64,000 nt of DNA, taken from assembly GCA_040390065.1 (NCBI GenBank), contig JAZJZE010000001.1, positions 186,068 to 250,067 on the forward strand. Reading direction: 5' to 3'. The translations under genes were made by a program, and so were the position numbers. The notes beneath the pieces are model-generated. The model did no database searches, had not been told where the DNA came from, and saw nothing but the letters and a program-made list of their open reading frames with translations. This document shows positions 1 through 9,288 of the stretch, piece by piece; the stretch's first letter is position 1, and every line of letters begins with the position of its first letter. Source of the DNA: a bacterium (lineage in GTDB: Archaea; Thermoplasmatota; E2; JACPAO01; JAHFTW01).

Positions 1-2
1 CG

Positions 3-1151
3 ACGTTCTTCGCGGCCGCGACGCTTGCGGAGGCGGCCATCGGGAACTATCCGTTCACGACCATCAACGCGAACCACGGCGTCGGCTACGTCCGCGTCCC
101 CGACCCCGGCGCCTCCTTCGGCGTCCACAGCACGCCTCGCCATGGCAAACTCGTCGGCGCGACGCGCTACGTGCCCGTCGAACTCGTCGACGTCGCCGGC
201 CTTGTCCCCGGAGCCCACGAAGGCCGCGGCCTTGGCAACAAGTTCCTCTCCGACCTGTCGCAGGCGGACGCGCTCATCCACGTCGTCGATGCCGCCGGCG
301 CCACCGACGCCGAAGGAAACGTGCTTCCCCAACGCGGGCACGACCCGCTTGCGGACGTCGCGTTCCTGGAGGACGAGATCGACTGGTGGATCGAGGGCAT
401 CCTCGAGGACGGTTGGGACCGCATGGCCAAGCGCATCCAGATGGAGGGCCGCAAGCTTGAGGTCGCAATCGCGGAGAAACTCGGCGGCATCGGTGTCGGC
501 GAGGCGTTGGCGGCGAAGGGCCTGCGAGAGGCCGGGTTGTTTGGCAAGAAGCCGACGGAACTGCACGCAGAAGGCCTGTTGGCATTGGCCCGCGCCATCC
601 GGAAGGCGTCCAAGCCCATCGTGCTGGCGCTCAACAAGGCGGACCTGGCCACGCCCGCAGAACTTTCCGCCATCGAGTCGAAGCTCTCGCTGCCGCACGT
701 GCGAACGAGCGCGCAGTCGGAACTCGCGCTGCAGAAAGGCGCCCAAGCCGGCCTCATCGACTACGCGCCGGGCGCCGCGATGTTTGCAGCGAAAGGCACG
801 CTCACGGCGGCGCAGCAGAAAGGCCTCGACTACATCCGCGACCACGTCCTCGGGCCGCTCGGCTCCACCGGCGTCGTGCCGGCCATCGAAGTCGCGGTCT
901 TCCAACTCCTGCAACGCATCCCCGTCTTCCCCGTCGAGGACGAGGCGAAGCTCACGGACAAGGAAGGCCGCGTCCTGCCCGACTGCCACCTCGTCGCCCC
1001 CGGCACGACGGCGCGCCAGCTTGCGTACAAGGTGCACACGGACCTCGGCGAGCACTTCATCCGGGCGATTGACTGCAAGACAAAACGGGCCATCGGGCAT
1101 GACCACGTCCTTGCGGCCGGCGACGTGGTGAAGATCGTGGCGAAGGCGTGA
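3..1151 (+). CDS. ychF: YchF/OLA1-family redox-regulated ATPase/GTPase, archaeal type (5'-partial)
   Basis: Frame is open from position 3: TFFAAATLAEAAIGNYPFTTI...DVAGLVPGAHEGRGLGNKFL, an NKAD motif and a C-terminal TGS-like region (AYKVHTDLG). Confidence 0.93.
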   Translation, partial: TFFAAATLAEAAIGNYPFTTINANHGVGYVRVPDPGASFGVHSTPRHGKLVGATRYVPVELVDVAGLVPGAHEGRGLGNKFLSDLSQADALIHVVDAAGATDAEGNVLPQRGHDPLADVAFLEDEIDWWIEGILEDGWDRMAKRIQMEGRKLEVAIAEKLGGIGVGEALAAKGLREAGLFGKKPTELHAEGLLALARAIRKASKPIVLALNKADLATPAELSAIESKLSLPHVRTSAQSELALQKGAQAGLIDYAPGAAMFAAKGTLTAAQQKGLDYIRDHVLGPLGSTGVVPAIEVAVFQLLQRIPVFPVEDEAKLTDKEGRVLPDCHLVAPGTTARQLAYKVHTDLGEHFIRAIDCKTKRAIGHDHVLAAGDVVKIVAKA

Positions 1152-1241
1152 CGGCCCTGGCCTGCGGTAAAAACCCTCCTGTTGCCCTCCTGGCCCTGGG
1201 CGAGAAACCTTAATGGCCCGTAGGCCTGCCCCGCACCGTCC

Positions 1242-1607
1242 ATGAGCACGCCGCTGGCCGCATCCCGGCGCGTCAAGGAGAACCGCTTTTTCCAGAACCG
1301 CGTGGAAATCGCGCCTCCCGCGCCGCCGGCACTCCCAGGTTCCGCCTCGCCTACCAAGCGCCTCGAAGACGAGGACGAGATCAAGGTCTTCCTGCACGAC
1401 GAGGGCCCGGTCGCTGACGGCGTCCGCCGTGTCCTTGCTGCCGTGAAGGCCAAGCGCGCCGAGCTCGGCAACGAGTGGGACGTCCGCGGCGCCGTTGCGC
1501 ACTTCGTCCAGGCCTACCACCACGCGGTGCCGAAGGCGGACAAGGAGTACGTCCGCGGCATGAACCTCGCGCTCAAGGTCTACTTGGGACAGAAAGAGGG
1601 ATTGTGA
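1242..1607 (+). CDS. hypothetical protein
   Basis: 121-aa ORF with genome-like codon use, a TATA-like CTTAAT about 30 nt upstream, and a stop that overlaps the next ATG. Confidence 0.7.
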   Translation: MSTPLAASRRVKENRFFQNRVEIAPPAPPALPGSASPTKRLEDEDEIKVFLHDEGPVADGVRRVLAAVKAKRAELGNEWDVRGAVAHFVQAYHHAVPKADKEYVRGMNLALKVYLGQKEGL

Positions 1608-2239
1608 TGGCGACGCGAAAGGCAAGCACGACGAAGCACGCCAAGACCGCGCCTGCCCCGCACACGGCGAAGGAGATCCTCGCCGCCGTGAAGGGCAAGA
1701 AGCTCAAGGTCGACGCACACGTCGACGCGCCCACGAAGCCGCGCGGCAAGAAGGAGCCGCTGCGCGCCAAGGAGATCCTGAAGAACGCCAAGGCCGGCAA
1801 AGTCGAGACGAACCAGGACGCCCTCGAACCGCAACTGCGCCGCGCCGCCGACATCCTCAAGGAACTCCGCAAGGAGCACTTCGAGTTCCACCACGCCGGC
1901 GCCGCCAAGAACGCCTTCGACCCGAACGCCTTCAACGAGTTCTTCATGGCGGAAATCGAGGCCGAGATCGCCAAGGTCGCCACCATCTACAACGACCGCT
2001 TCGCGCGCTGGCGCTGCCAGTGCTGCGACGTCATCATCCCCGTCCCCCGCCGCACCACCGTGTACCACGGCGACTACGTCCTCGAGCACGACGACACCCT
2101 CGGCCTCATCGTCAACGGCGAGCGCTGGGTGCCGAAGGCCGAGACGCCCCTCGAAGTCGTCCAGCCGGGCCGCCTCAGGAACCCGTGGACCGGCCGCACC
2201 ATCGAAGGCAAGGACGCCGGAACGACTGGCGCGTACTAG
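1607..2239 (+). CDS. hypothetical protein with a Lys-rich N-terminus and a CxCC motif
   Basis: ATG at 1607 overlaps the upstream TGA (TGATG); MATRKAS...RWRCQCCDVIIP. Confidence 0.75.
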   Translation: MATRKASTTKHAKTAPAPHTAKEILAAVKGKKLKVDAHVDAPTKPRGKKEPLRAKEILKNAKAGKVETNQDALEPQLRRAADILKELRKEHFEFHHAGAAKNAFDPNAFNEFFMAEIEAEIAKVATIYNDRFARWRCQCCDVIIPVPRRTTVYHGDYVLEHDDTLGLIVNGERWVPKAETPLEVVQPGRLRNPWTGRTIEGKDAGTTGAY

Positions 2240-2958
2240 CGCCGGCGCCGTTTCCCGGGCAGCGGCACGGGTCGCTGCGCATCCGGCCCCAAGCGCAAAG
2301 CCACGAGCGGAGCGAGGGCCAGGAGCACCTTCCCCTCGGCCTTGCGCACGTGCTCCTCCATCGTGGTGCGCGGCCGGCCAAGGCGTCGCGCGATGTCCTG
2401 CATCGTCGCCGTGCGCGGGACGTCGTAGTAGCCCGCGGCCATCGCGGCCAGCAGCGCCTCGGATTGTTTCCCCGTGAGGCTGCCCAGGATGTCGGCGGCC
2501 GTGAACATGAACTGCTCCTCGACGACGGGGGCTTCGAGCTTGCGCTTGGAGAGGATCTCGAACTCGCCCATCGCGCGCAGTTTGCGGAAGAAGCCAGGCA
2601 GCAGGGCTTCGTCGAAGCAGAAGACGCGAAACGTGTCCCACCCGGCCTGCAGGACAATGGGCGGGATGAGGAGGCAACCGTGGTCCTCGACGAGCCGGCT
2701 CACGGACGGCGCGGTTCCATGCGGGCAGTTGAACACCAGCGTCCGAGGCGGCGCCCGTTCGTCGCCGAGGCGGCGCACACCATCCAGTTCCCGCGCGAAG
2801 CGGCCTGCAATCGCGGTCGTTTGTGCGGCGTCGCGTGCTTGGATCTCGACGACGTCGTTTTGCAGGTTGCACCACAGGACGAGGCGGGCATCCGGGTGCG
2901 CCGCCGCGATGCGCGTCATGGGGCGGTCCCGCCGCAAGCGGAAGACGACGTGGATCAT
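2236..2958 (-). CDS. HTH-10 (bacterio-opsin activator-type) transcriptional regulator
   Basis: C-terminal LTGKQSEALLAAMAAGYYDVPRTATMQDIARRLG...EEHVRKAEGK is the HTH_10 pattern; divergent from the MFS gene. Confidence 0.88.
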   Translation of the reverse strand: MIHVVFRLRRDRPMTRIAAAHPDARLVLWCNLQNDVVEIQARDAAQTTAIAGRFARELDGVRRLGDERAPPRTLVFNCPHGTAPSVSRLVEDHGCLLIPPIVLQAGWDTFRVFCFDEALLPGFFRKLRAMGEFEILSKRKLEAPVVEEQFMFTAADILGSLTGKQSEALLAAMAAGYYDVPRTATMQDIARRLGRPRTTMEEHVRKAEGKVLLALAPLVALRLGPDAQRPVPLPGKRRRR

Positions 2959-3062
2959 GCGCGCGCCAAGGTCTCCGCCCTCATGAAACGATAGCCGTCA
3001 CATGACGGTTCCGGCAAAGCCCGTCATTTGACGGCATCGGGCTCTTCCCATGCGGCTGGCTG

Positions 3063-4346
3063 TTGGCCCTCGTGCCTCACTCCAAGCGACCAATCCACCC
3101 GGCCTGGCTCATCCTTGCCGTGGCCTTCCTCGCGGTCATCCTGCCAGCCGCCATCCGCGGCCTGCTGTCCATCCTGGCCGTTCCCCTCGAGTCGGAGTTT
3201 GGCTGGGGCCGCTGGGTCGTCTCGGCCGCCGCCGGGACCAGCATGCTCCTGTTCGGTATCCTCGGCCCCTTCGTCGCCGCAGCCGTCGACCGGTATGGAG
3301 GCCGGCGCGTCATGGTGGCGGGCCTGGTCCTCCTGGTGGCTAGCACGGCGGTGGCCCCGTGGGTTCGCGACCCCTGGGGCTTCATCCTCTTGTGGGGCGT
3401 CATGGGCGGCCTCGGTTCGGGTCTCTTGGGGATCGTCTTCGGCGCCTCGGTCGTTGACCGCTGGTTTGCCAAGCGGCGCGGTCTTGCCATGGGCATCCTG
3501 AGCGCGGCCATCGCGACAGCCCAGCTCGTCGTCTTGCCGCCGGCCGCCCTTCTCGTCCACGCCTACGGATGGCGGGCCGGTGCCATCGTCGCCGCCCTGC
3601 TCGCCTCCGTCGTCCTCACGGCAGCGCTTCTATGGATGCGAAACCGCCCCGGCGACGTCGGCCTCGGCCGCTACGGCGAGTCGGCGGAGGCGACGCAGAG
3701 TCAGCCGGCCCGCATGGGCGCCCTCCCGGTCCTCCGCGAGGTGATCGGCCGGCCCGCATTCTGGATGCTGGCCTTCCCGTTCTTCGTCTGCGGCCTCACG
3801 ACGGGGGGCCTCATCGCCGTCCATCTCGTGCCCGCGTCGCTCGAGCACGGCATGCCCGAGATGGCGTCGGTCATGCTCCTGTCCACGATTGGCATCTTCG
3901 ACTTCGTCGGCTCATTGTCCTCCGGCTGGTTGTCCGACCGCTGGAACAACGCCCACCTCCTCGGAGCCTACTATGGCATCCGGGGCCTCTCTCTCCTTGC
4001 GCTTCCGGCCGCCTTGAACGCGGGCGCGCCGGCCATGGTCATTTTCACGCTCGTCTACGGCCTCGGTTGGGTCGCAACGGTTCCGCCCACGGCGAGGCTC
4101 TGCACGGCGCTCTTCGGCGCCCGCGGCCCCGTCGTCTTTGGTTGGGTCTACGCGGTCCACCAGGTCGGCGCTGCCGTGGCCGCCCTCGGCGCTGGCGTGG
4201 TCCGAGACGCAACGGGTTCGTACTCACCGGCCTTCATGGCGGCGGCCATCATGGCCCTCGGGGCCGCTGCGATGTCATTGTCCATCCGGGTGCCGGCCGC
4301 AACTGCCAACCCTGCACCAGCACCGATCGCTTCGGAGGCGGCATGA
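3063..4346 (+). CDS. MFS transporter
   Basis: About 12 hydrophobic segments; motif A-like VDRYGGRR and GWLSDRW. Confidence 0.92.
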   Translation: MALVPHSKRPIHPAWLILAVAFLAVILPAAIRGLLSILAVPLESEFGWGRWVVSAAAGTSMLLFGILGPFVAAAVDRYGGRRVMVAGLVLLVASTAVAPWVRDPWGFILLWGVMGGLGSGLLGIVFGASVVDRWFAKRRGLAMGILSAAIATAQLVVLPPAALLVHAYGWRAGAIVAALLASVVLTAALLWMRNRPGDVGLGRYGESAEATQSQPARMGALPVLREVIGRPAFWMLAFPFFVCGLTTGGLIAVHLVPASLEHGMPEMASVMLLSTIGIFDFVGSLSSGWLSDRWNNAHLLGAYYGIRGLSLLALPAALNAGAPAMVIFTLVYGLGWVATVPPTARLCTALFGARGPVVFGWVYAVHQVGAAVAALGAGVVRDATGSYSPAFMAAAIMALGAAAMSLSIRVPAATANPAPAPIASEAA

Positions 4347-4690
4347 GCGAAATGGCCCGGCCCCGCGCCTACGTCTTGATCGACGTGGACGTGCACGACG
4401 CGGCGCAGTACGCCAAGTACCTGCCCCTCGGTGACATCGCGGCCGCAGCCAACGGAGCCAAGTTCCTTGCACGGGGCGGCCAAGTCGTCCCCCTCGAAGG
4501 CGGATGGCAGCCGCGCCGCGTCGCCGTCCTAGAGTTTGCGGACGTCGATGCCGCGCGGCGTTGGTACGATTCGCCCGAGTACAGGAAGGCCAGGGAGGCC
4601 CGCGCCGGCGCCGCCACCTTCCGGGCCGTCATCGTCGAAGGCATCCCCCCTGATTGGCGGCAACCGGTCCGCCCGGCGGCTGTTAAATAG
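4343..4690 (+). CDS. DUF1330-family protein
   Basis: ATGA overlap with the MFS stop; AYVLIDVDVHD...GAKFLARGG...LEGGW...VLEF...ARRWYDSPEY. Confidence 0.88.
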   Translation: MSEMARPRAYVLIDVDVHDAAQYAKYLPLGDIAAAANGAKFLARGGQVVPLEGGWQPRRVAVLEFADVDAARRWYDSPEYRKAREARAGAATFRAVIVEGIPPDWRQPVRPAAVK

Positions 4691-4814
4691 GGGTTGTTCG
4701 TCGCAAATCTTGCAAGAGCGGCTTCGGCCGCACTGGCTCTGGAATGTGGCCTTCGGGCTGAACCGGAAAAACCGCGCCCCCCTGCTCATGCAGGGATGCA
4801 CGAAGGTGCACCAC

Positions 4815-5450
4815 ATGCCCAACGCGTACCACTACATCGGAGAAGCCTGGAAGAACCACGAGAACGGCTACGGCACGGCCCAATGGAGCCGCCTCGTGGA
4901 ATGGCGCGCCGGCGACTCGTTCGTCCGCGTCGACCGCCCCCTGCGTCTCGACCGCGCCCGCAGCCTGGGATACAAAGCCAAGCAAGGCATCGTGATCGTC
5001 CGCGCCCGCGTCCGCCGTGGTGGCCTGCACAAGGTCCGCCCGGTCCAGGGCCGAGTCCCCTCCAAGATGGGTGTCAACAAGATCACGATGCGCGAGAACA
5101 TCCAGTCCATCGCGGAGATCCGCAGCTCCAAGCACTTCCCCAACCTGGAGGTCCTCAACTCCTACTGGATCGGCGAGGACGGCAAGCACCAGTACTACGA
5201 GGTCATCATGGTGGACCCGCACCACCCGTCCATCATCAACGACAAGGACCTCGGCTGGCTCGCCACGACGCCGGCGACGAAGCGTGTCCTGCGCGGCCTG
5301 ACGTCGGCCGGCAAGAAGCACCGCGGCCTGCGCTACAAAGGCAAGGGCTCGGAGCACACGCGCCCGTCCGTCCGACAGTCCGGCGTGCGCGCCAAGGACA
5401 AGCTCCTGTGGAAGAAACAGGACCAGGCGCGCAGAATCCGCGTCAGCTAG
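4815..5450 (+). CDS. rpl15e: 50S ribosomal protein L15e
   Basis: RPLRLDRARSLGYKAKQG, NLEVLNSYWIGEDG, YEVIMVDPHHP, RGLTSAGKKHRGL. Confidence 0.98.
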   Translation: MPNAYHYIGEAWKNHENGYGTAQWSRLVEWRAGDSFVRVDRPLRLDRARSLGYKAKQGIVIVRARVRRGGLHKVRPVQGRVPSKMGVNKITMRENIQSIAEIRSSKHFPNLEVLNSYWIGEDGKHQYYEVIMVDPHHPSIINDKDLGWLATTPATKRVLRGLTSAGKKHRGLRYKGKGSEHTRPSVRQSGVRAKDKLLWKKQDQARRIRVS

Positions 5451-5619
5451 GCGAAGCCTGCGACACGCCTGATTCTGAGCGGCCTGCCGCTGCGGTCCGA
5501 CTTGCTCGGGCCGCAGCGCCAGGCGTGCCGCATGCGTGTCATCCAGCCGCCCTCGACCGTCGATGGCGCAGCTCACGTCGCTGCGCAATGGCTAAGCGAA
5601 GCGCATGCCATTGCGCCGC

Positions 5620-5805
5620 GTGGCATTCACCCACAACGGCTACACCCTGCACGCACGCGAGGTCGCCTTGAAGGGCGGCCACAAGCAGGTCATCTATTTC
5701 TTCAGCCAGCGCAGGCCTCAAAGCGGCATGCCGGTCGAGATGCCCGAAGGGTACGACGTGGCCGTCAACAAGCGCACGGGGCTGCCGTACCTGAAGAAGA
5801 AGTAG
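5620..5805 (+). CDS. small basic conserved-looking hypothetical protein
   Basis: GTG start (alternative ATG at 5605); GYTLHAREVALKGGHKQVIYFFS...PEGYDV..NKRTGLPYLKKK. Confidence 0.75.
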   Translation: MAFTHNGYTLHAREVALKGGHKQVIYFFSQRRPQSGMPVEMPEGYDVAVNKRTGLPYLKKK

Positions 5806-5968
5806 TGCGGCGCGACGGTTTCGCCTCGCTCACCCATCGCGCCGGGGGCCGCCGTCGGCGACCCGCACGCGCTCGCCTGCGGCTCGCGCGTCGCGCCTGT
5901 TGGGCCACAACCTCTTGCAAGTTGTTTGCGGCGACGAGCCTTAACTCGCGCCGTGTCCTGCCACCAAC

Positions 5969-6313
5969 ATGGACCGCAGGCTGTTGTTGGCGTCCGCCGC
6001 GTTGCTCCTGACTGTGGCTGCCTTGTCCCATCTGATTGCTGCCATGTCCGGAGGGGTACCAAGTTTTGCCCTCGCGGTCGCGGCCATCGCGGGCGCCGGC
6101 CTCGTTGCTCTCGTGGCGGCAATGCCGGACGGGGGCCGCCTGACGATGGGGGGTATCGGCGGGCTGGGTGCCCTGCTCGTGATGGTGCCGTTTGCCACCT
6201 CATGGCCGGCTGTCGTGACGAGCGAAGCCGGAATTGTCCCTCTTGTTCTCGGCGCGGCCGGCTGCGGGCTGCTGGCCCTTGCCCTGGTCCGGGCCCGTGT
6301 GCGCGCGGCCTAG
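5969..6313 (+). CDS. small membrane protein (about 4 TM)
   Basis: Hydrophobic 114-aa ORF with a CTTAA TATA-like element about 28 nt upstream. Confidence 0.6.
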   Translation: MDRRLLLASAALLLTVAALSHLIAAMSGGVPSFALAVAAIAGAGLVALVAAMPDGGRLTMGGIGGLGALLVMVPFATSWPAVVTSEAGIVPLVLGAAGCGLLALALVRARVRAA

Positions 6314-6348
6314 CCAACCCTTTTTCCGTTAGGCGTTGTGGCCGGGCC

Positions 6349-7077
6349 ATGGAGGACGACACCGAGGACGACGACTTCGAGGACGAGGAAGAGGAAGGCG
6401 TCGACCTCGACTGCCCGACGTGCCGCGAGGTGCAGACCCACGAGGTGCTGCGCGCTGCAGCCGCAGGATGGACGGTGCGCTGCATGGAGTGCCAGACGAC
6501 GCGCACGCTGCCCGCCCCACCGAAGGAGCGCACAATCGAGGTCCCCGTGATCCTGAGCGAAGGCGCCACGGCGCGCACGGTTCGCCTGGCCATTCCCCTC
6601 GACGGGCCGGTGTCCCCGGACGACGAATTCGACCTCGAGGGTCACCGCGTCCGCATCACGGCGGTCGAACTCCCCAACGGCGAACGGCCCAAGAAGGCGC
6701 TCGGCCGCAACGTGCGCACGCTCTACGCCGTCATGTTCGACACGGTTCCCCTGGATTACACCCTCAACGAAGGCGAGACGACGCGCTCCTTCCGCGAACA
6801 AGTCGCCCCGGAGGAAGAGGTGCACGTCGGCACCGTCCGCGAAGTGCAGGGCGTCAAACTCGTCGTGAAGACCCTCAAGTCGGACCAGAACCGCACCCTC
6901 CACAGCGGCTACCTCCTCGCCCGCAACGTGCGCCGCGTCTTTGCCGACGTCGCCAACCCGCGGGCCCGGCATGGCCAGCGGCACAGGGCCCGCAAACGCG
7001 GCCCGCCCCCAGGTGTGCGCGGCAAGCCAAAGAACCGCGTCAAGAAGCCCGGTCCAAGCCGGCCCCGCCGCTCCTGA
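6349..7077 (+). CDS. HVO_0476-family archaeal zinc-finger protein
   Basis: CPTC...THEVL...VRCMEC Zn ribbon, acidic N-terminus, basic C-terminal tail. Confidence 0.82.
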   Translation: MEDDTEDDDFEDEEEEGVDLDCPTCREVQTHEVLRAAAAGWTVRCMECQTTRTLPAPPKERTIEVPVILSEGATARTVRLAIPLDGPVSPDDEFDLEGHRVRITAVELPNGERPKKALGRNVRTLYAVMFDTVPLDYTLNEGETTRSFREQVAPEEEVHVGTVREVQGVKLVVKTLKSDQNRTLHSGYLLARNVRRVFADVANPRARHGQRHRARKRGPPPGVRGKPKNRVKKPGPSRPRRS

Positions 7078-7123
7078 GGCCGTCACCCCAAGGGCTTAAG
7101 CCCTCCTGGGTTCCGGGCTGTCC

Positions 7124-7549
7124 ATGGCCTCCGCCAAGAAGACCGCCCCCGCGAAGAAGAGCGCCCCGAAGCCGGTGGCGAAGGCCCCCGCAAACGCCCC
7201 GGCCAAGATGCCGGCCAAGCCTGCAGCGCAAGGCGCGAAGCCGTCACCTCAAGGCGGAAAGTCCGCGGGCAAGCCCATGCCGGCCCCCAAGGGCACCCTC
7301 GCCGCATCCGCCGGCGCCAAGATGCACGCCGCCGACGAAGAGGCCCCCGTCGTGCTCCCCAAGTTCAAGCTCGAGAAGCACGCCGGCAAGGACACCCTCT
7401 GCCAGATCGAGATCGTCAAGGACGGCCACTTCTTCATCGCCCGCACCGTCACCGAAGGCGGCGCCGCCAAGGAATACAAGAACACCGTCTTCGAAGACCT
7501 CCTCACGGAGATGGTGATTACGCTGCAGGAACAACTCTCCGACCACTGA
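7124..7549 (+). CDS. hypothetical protein with a K/A/P-rich N-terminal half and a small globular C-terminal domain
   Basis: CTTAAG about 27 nt upstream; genome-like codon bias; followed by hairpins. Confidence 0.75.
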   Translation: MASAKKTAPAKKSAPKPVAKAPANAPAKMPAKPAAQGAKPSPQGGKSAGKPMPAPKGTLAASAGAKMHAADEEAPVVLPKFKLEKHAGKDTLCQIEIVKDGHFFIARTVTEGGAAKEYKNTVFEDLLTEMVITLQEQLSDH

Positions 7550-7628
7550 ACGGGTTCGCTTCGCTCACCCGTTCAGTGGCTGGCTGAGGAACCCGCCGCT
7601 GGGGGCCCTCCGGGCCCCCAGACCCCCT
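7547..7628. repeat. REP-like palindromic hairpin cluster
   Basis: TGAACGGGT-tcgcttcgctc-ACCCGTTCA and GGGGGCCC-tcc-GGGCCCCC-AGACCCCC; related copies near 5810, 34555, 34745 and 47751. Confidence 0.6.
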
Positions 7629-8130
7629 CGGAGGAAAGGGCGGCCGCTCACACCGCGCGGCTCGTCGCCGCGCGTGTTCCTGCGCGCCGGGCGCCCGCCT
7701 TCGGGGCGCCAAGGCACGCCTGCTCGCTGCGCTCGCGAGCGGCCGCCCAGGCCGGCCGCGCAGGATGGTCGCCGATACGGAATCGCTAAGGCCCGCTGAG
7801 GGCGCTCGGCTCCTACCATCCGGGTCCGCGTTGGCAAGCCGGCCGCCGAGGCCGGCCCCGCAGCATGGTCACGGACGCCGGGCCGCTTCGCTGGTGAGAC
7901 GGCTCGGCTCTTGCCGTCCGGCGCCGCGTTGACACGTCGGTCGCCGCGGCCAGCCGCGCAGGGAGAACGTGGCCGTGAAGCTCGGCTGCGCCTGTTGCTT
8001 CGGTTGATGGTTGGGCGTCGGCGCGGCAGCTAGTCCGTCGCTTCCCGTTCGCCAATGGGCAAGACGGGCAGCGGGCGCATGGGCCTGACGGCTCGGAACC
8101 ACGAGATGCTGACGGTGACCATGCGTCACC

Positions 8131-9177
8131 TCAGATGGCGTCGCGAATCCCTTGTTCGGTCACATTGACCACGGCTTCGCCTTCGGGCAGGTGCGGGCTG
8201 TCGACGAGGCGGCAGATGCGCTTTCCGCCCTTGCTCTTGCGCAGGTAGATGCGGAAGGTGCTGGTGTGGCCGACGATGTGGCCGCCGATGGGGCGCGTCG
8301 GATCGCCGAAGAAGGCATCCGGCTTGGCGCTCACTTGGTTCGTGACGACGCAGGCGGCGTTGTTGATGCCGGCCAGGCGCTGGAGGTCGTGCATGTGCTT
8401 GTTGAGTTTGCCTTGGCGGTCGGCGAGTGTGCCGCGGCCGACGAACTCGGCGCGGAAGTGCGCCGTCAAGGAATCGACGATGATGAGCTTGATCGGGAAC
8501 TCGCGGCAAAGTTCCGCGGCGCGTTCCGCCAGCAGCATCTGGTGGTTGGAGTTGAAGGCGCGGGCGACGTGGATCTTCTTGAGGGTCTCCGTCGGGTCCA
8601 TGCCGAGGGCCTCGGCCATCTGGGTGATGCGCTCGGGGCGGAAGGTGTTCTCCGTGTCGATGAAGAGGGCGTGGCCCTCGAGGCCGCCGTCCGCTTGGGA
8701 GCGCTGCACGTTGACCGCGAGCTGCATGGCGAACTGGGTCTTGCAGGAGCCGAACTCACCGTAGAACTCGGTGATGGCCTGCGTCTCGATGCCGCCGCCC
8801 ATGAGTTCGTCGAAGGCCTTGGCCCCGGTGCCGATCTTGGTGACGGTCTTGCGGCGCTCGGCCACTTCGAGGCCGGTCTCGAAGCCGCCGACGTCGGCAA
8901 GCTTGCGGGCCGCGTTGATGATCTTCTGGGCGATGCCTTCGCCGATGTCGCACTTCTCCGCGATGTCGCCGGGGGACGCAACAGCGATGGCCATGAGGTC
9001 CTCGTAGCCGGCCTCTTTCATCTTCTCCGCGGTGGCGGGGCCGACGCCGGGGAGGTCCTCCACGGTCATGCGGATGTGCCCCTCGCGCTTCGGGTCGTTC
9101 GTGATGTTCGCGTCGTTTTCCAAGGTTGCGTCGTAGTCTTCTTCCATGGCAACCGATTCCTTCTGTTTTCTGGCCAT
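8131..9177 (-). CDS. radA: DNA repair and recombination protein RadA
   Basis: N-terminal HhH ([13 protein letters not shown]), Walker [31 protein letters not shown]. Start codon uncertain (9177 or 9147); no intein. Confidence 0.97.
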   Translation of the reverse strand: MARKQKESVAMEEDYDATLENDANITNDPKREGHIRMTVEDLPGVGPATAEKMKEAGYEDLMAIAVASPGDIAEKCDIGEGIAQKIINAARKLADVGGFETGLEVAERRKTVTKIGTGAKAFDELMGGGIETQAITEFYGEFGSCKTQFAMQLAVNVQRSQADGGLEGHALFIDTENTFRPERITQMAEALGMDPTETLKKIHVARAFNSNHQMLLAERAAELCREFPIKLIIVDSLTAHFRAEFVGRGTLADRQGKLNKHMHDLQRLAGINNAACVVTNQVSAKPDAFFGDPTRPIGGHIVGHTSTFRIYLRKSKGGKRICRLVDSPHLPEGEAVVNVTEQGIRDAI

Positions 9178-9288
9178 TTGAGGCACCAGCCGTCTGGAGC
9201 CTTGGCCCGGAGTTAGCCATGAAAGCCCAGGTGGATGAAAGTACTGGTGCAGGCCGCGGCCTGGACAGGAGCCAGAAGGCCCCGGCCG

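Noticed and set aside
7630-8130. Possible RNase P or SRP RNA, or a MITE (10-bp inverted repeat at 7863-7872 / 8115-8124)
   Set aside because: I found no RNase P P4 or SRP helix-8 consensus; the repeat is short and one arm belongs to a local hairpin after radA. An Rfam scan would settle it.
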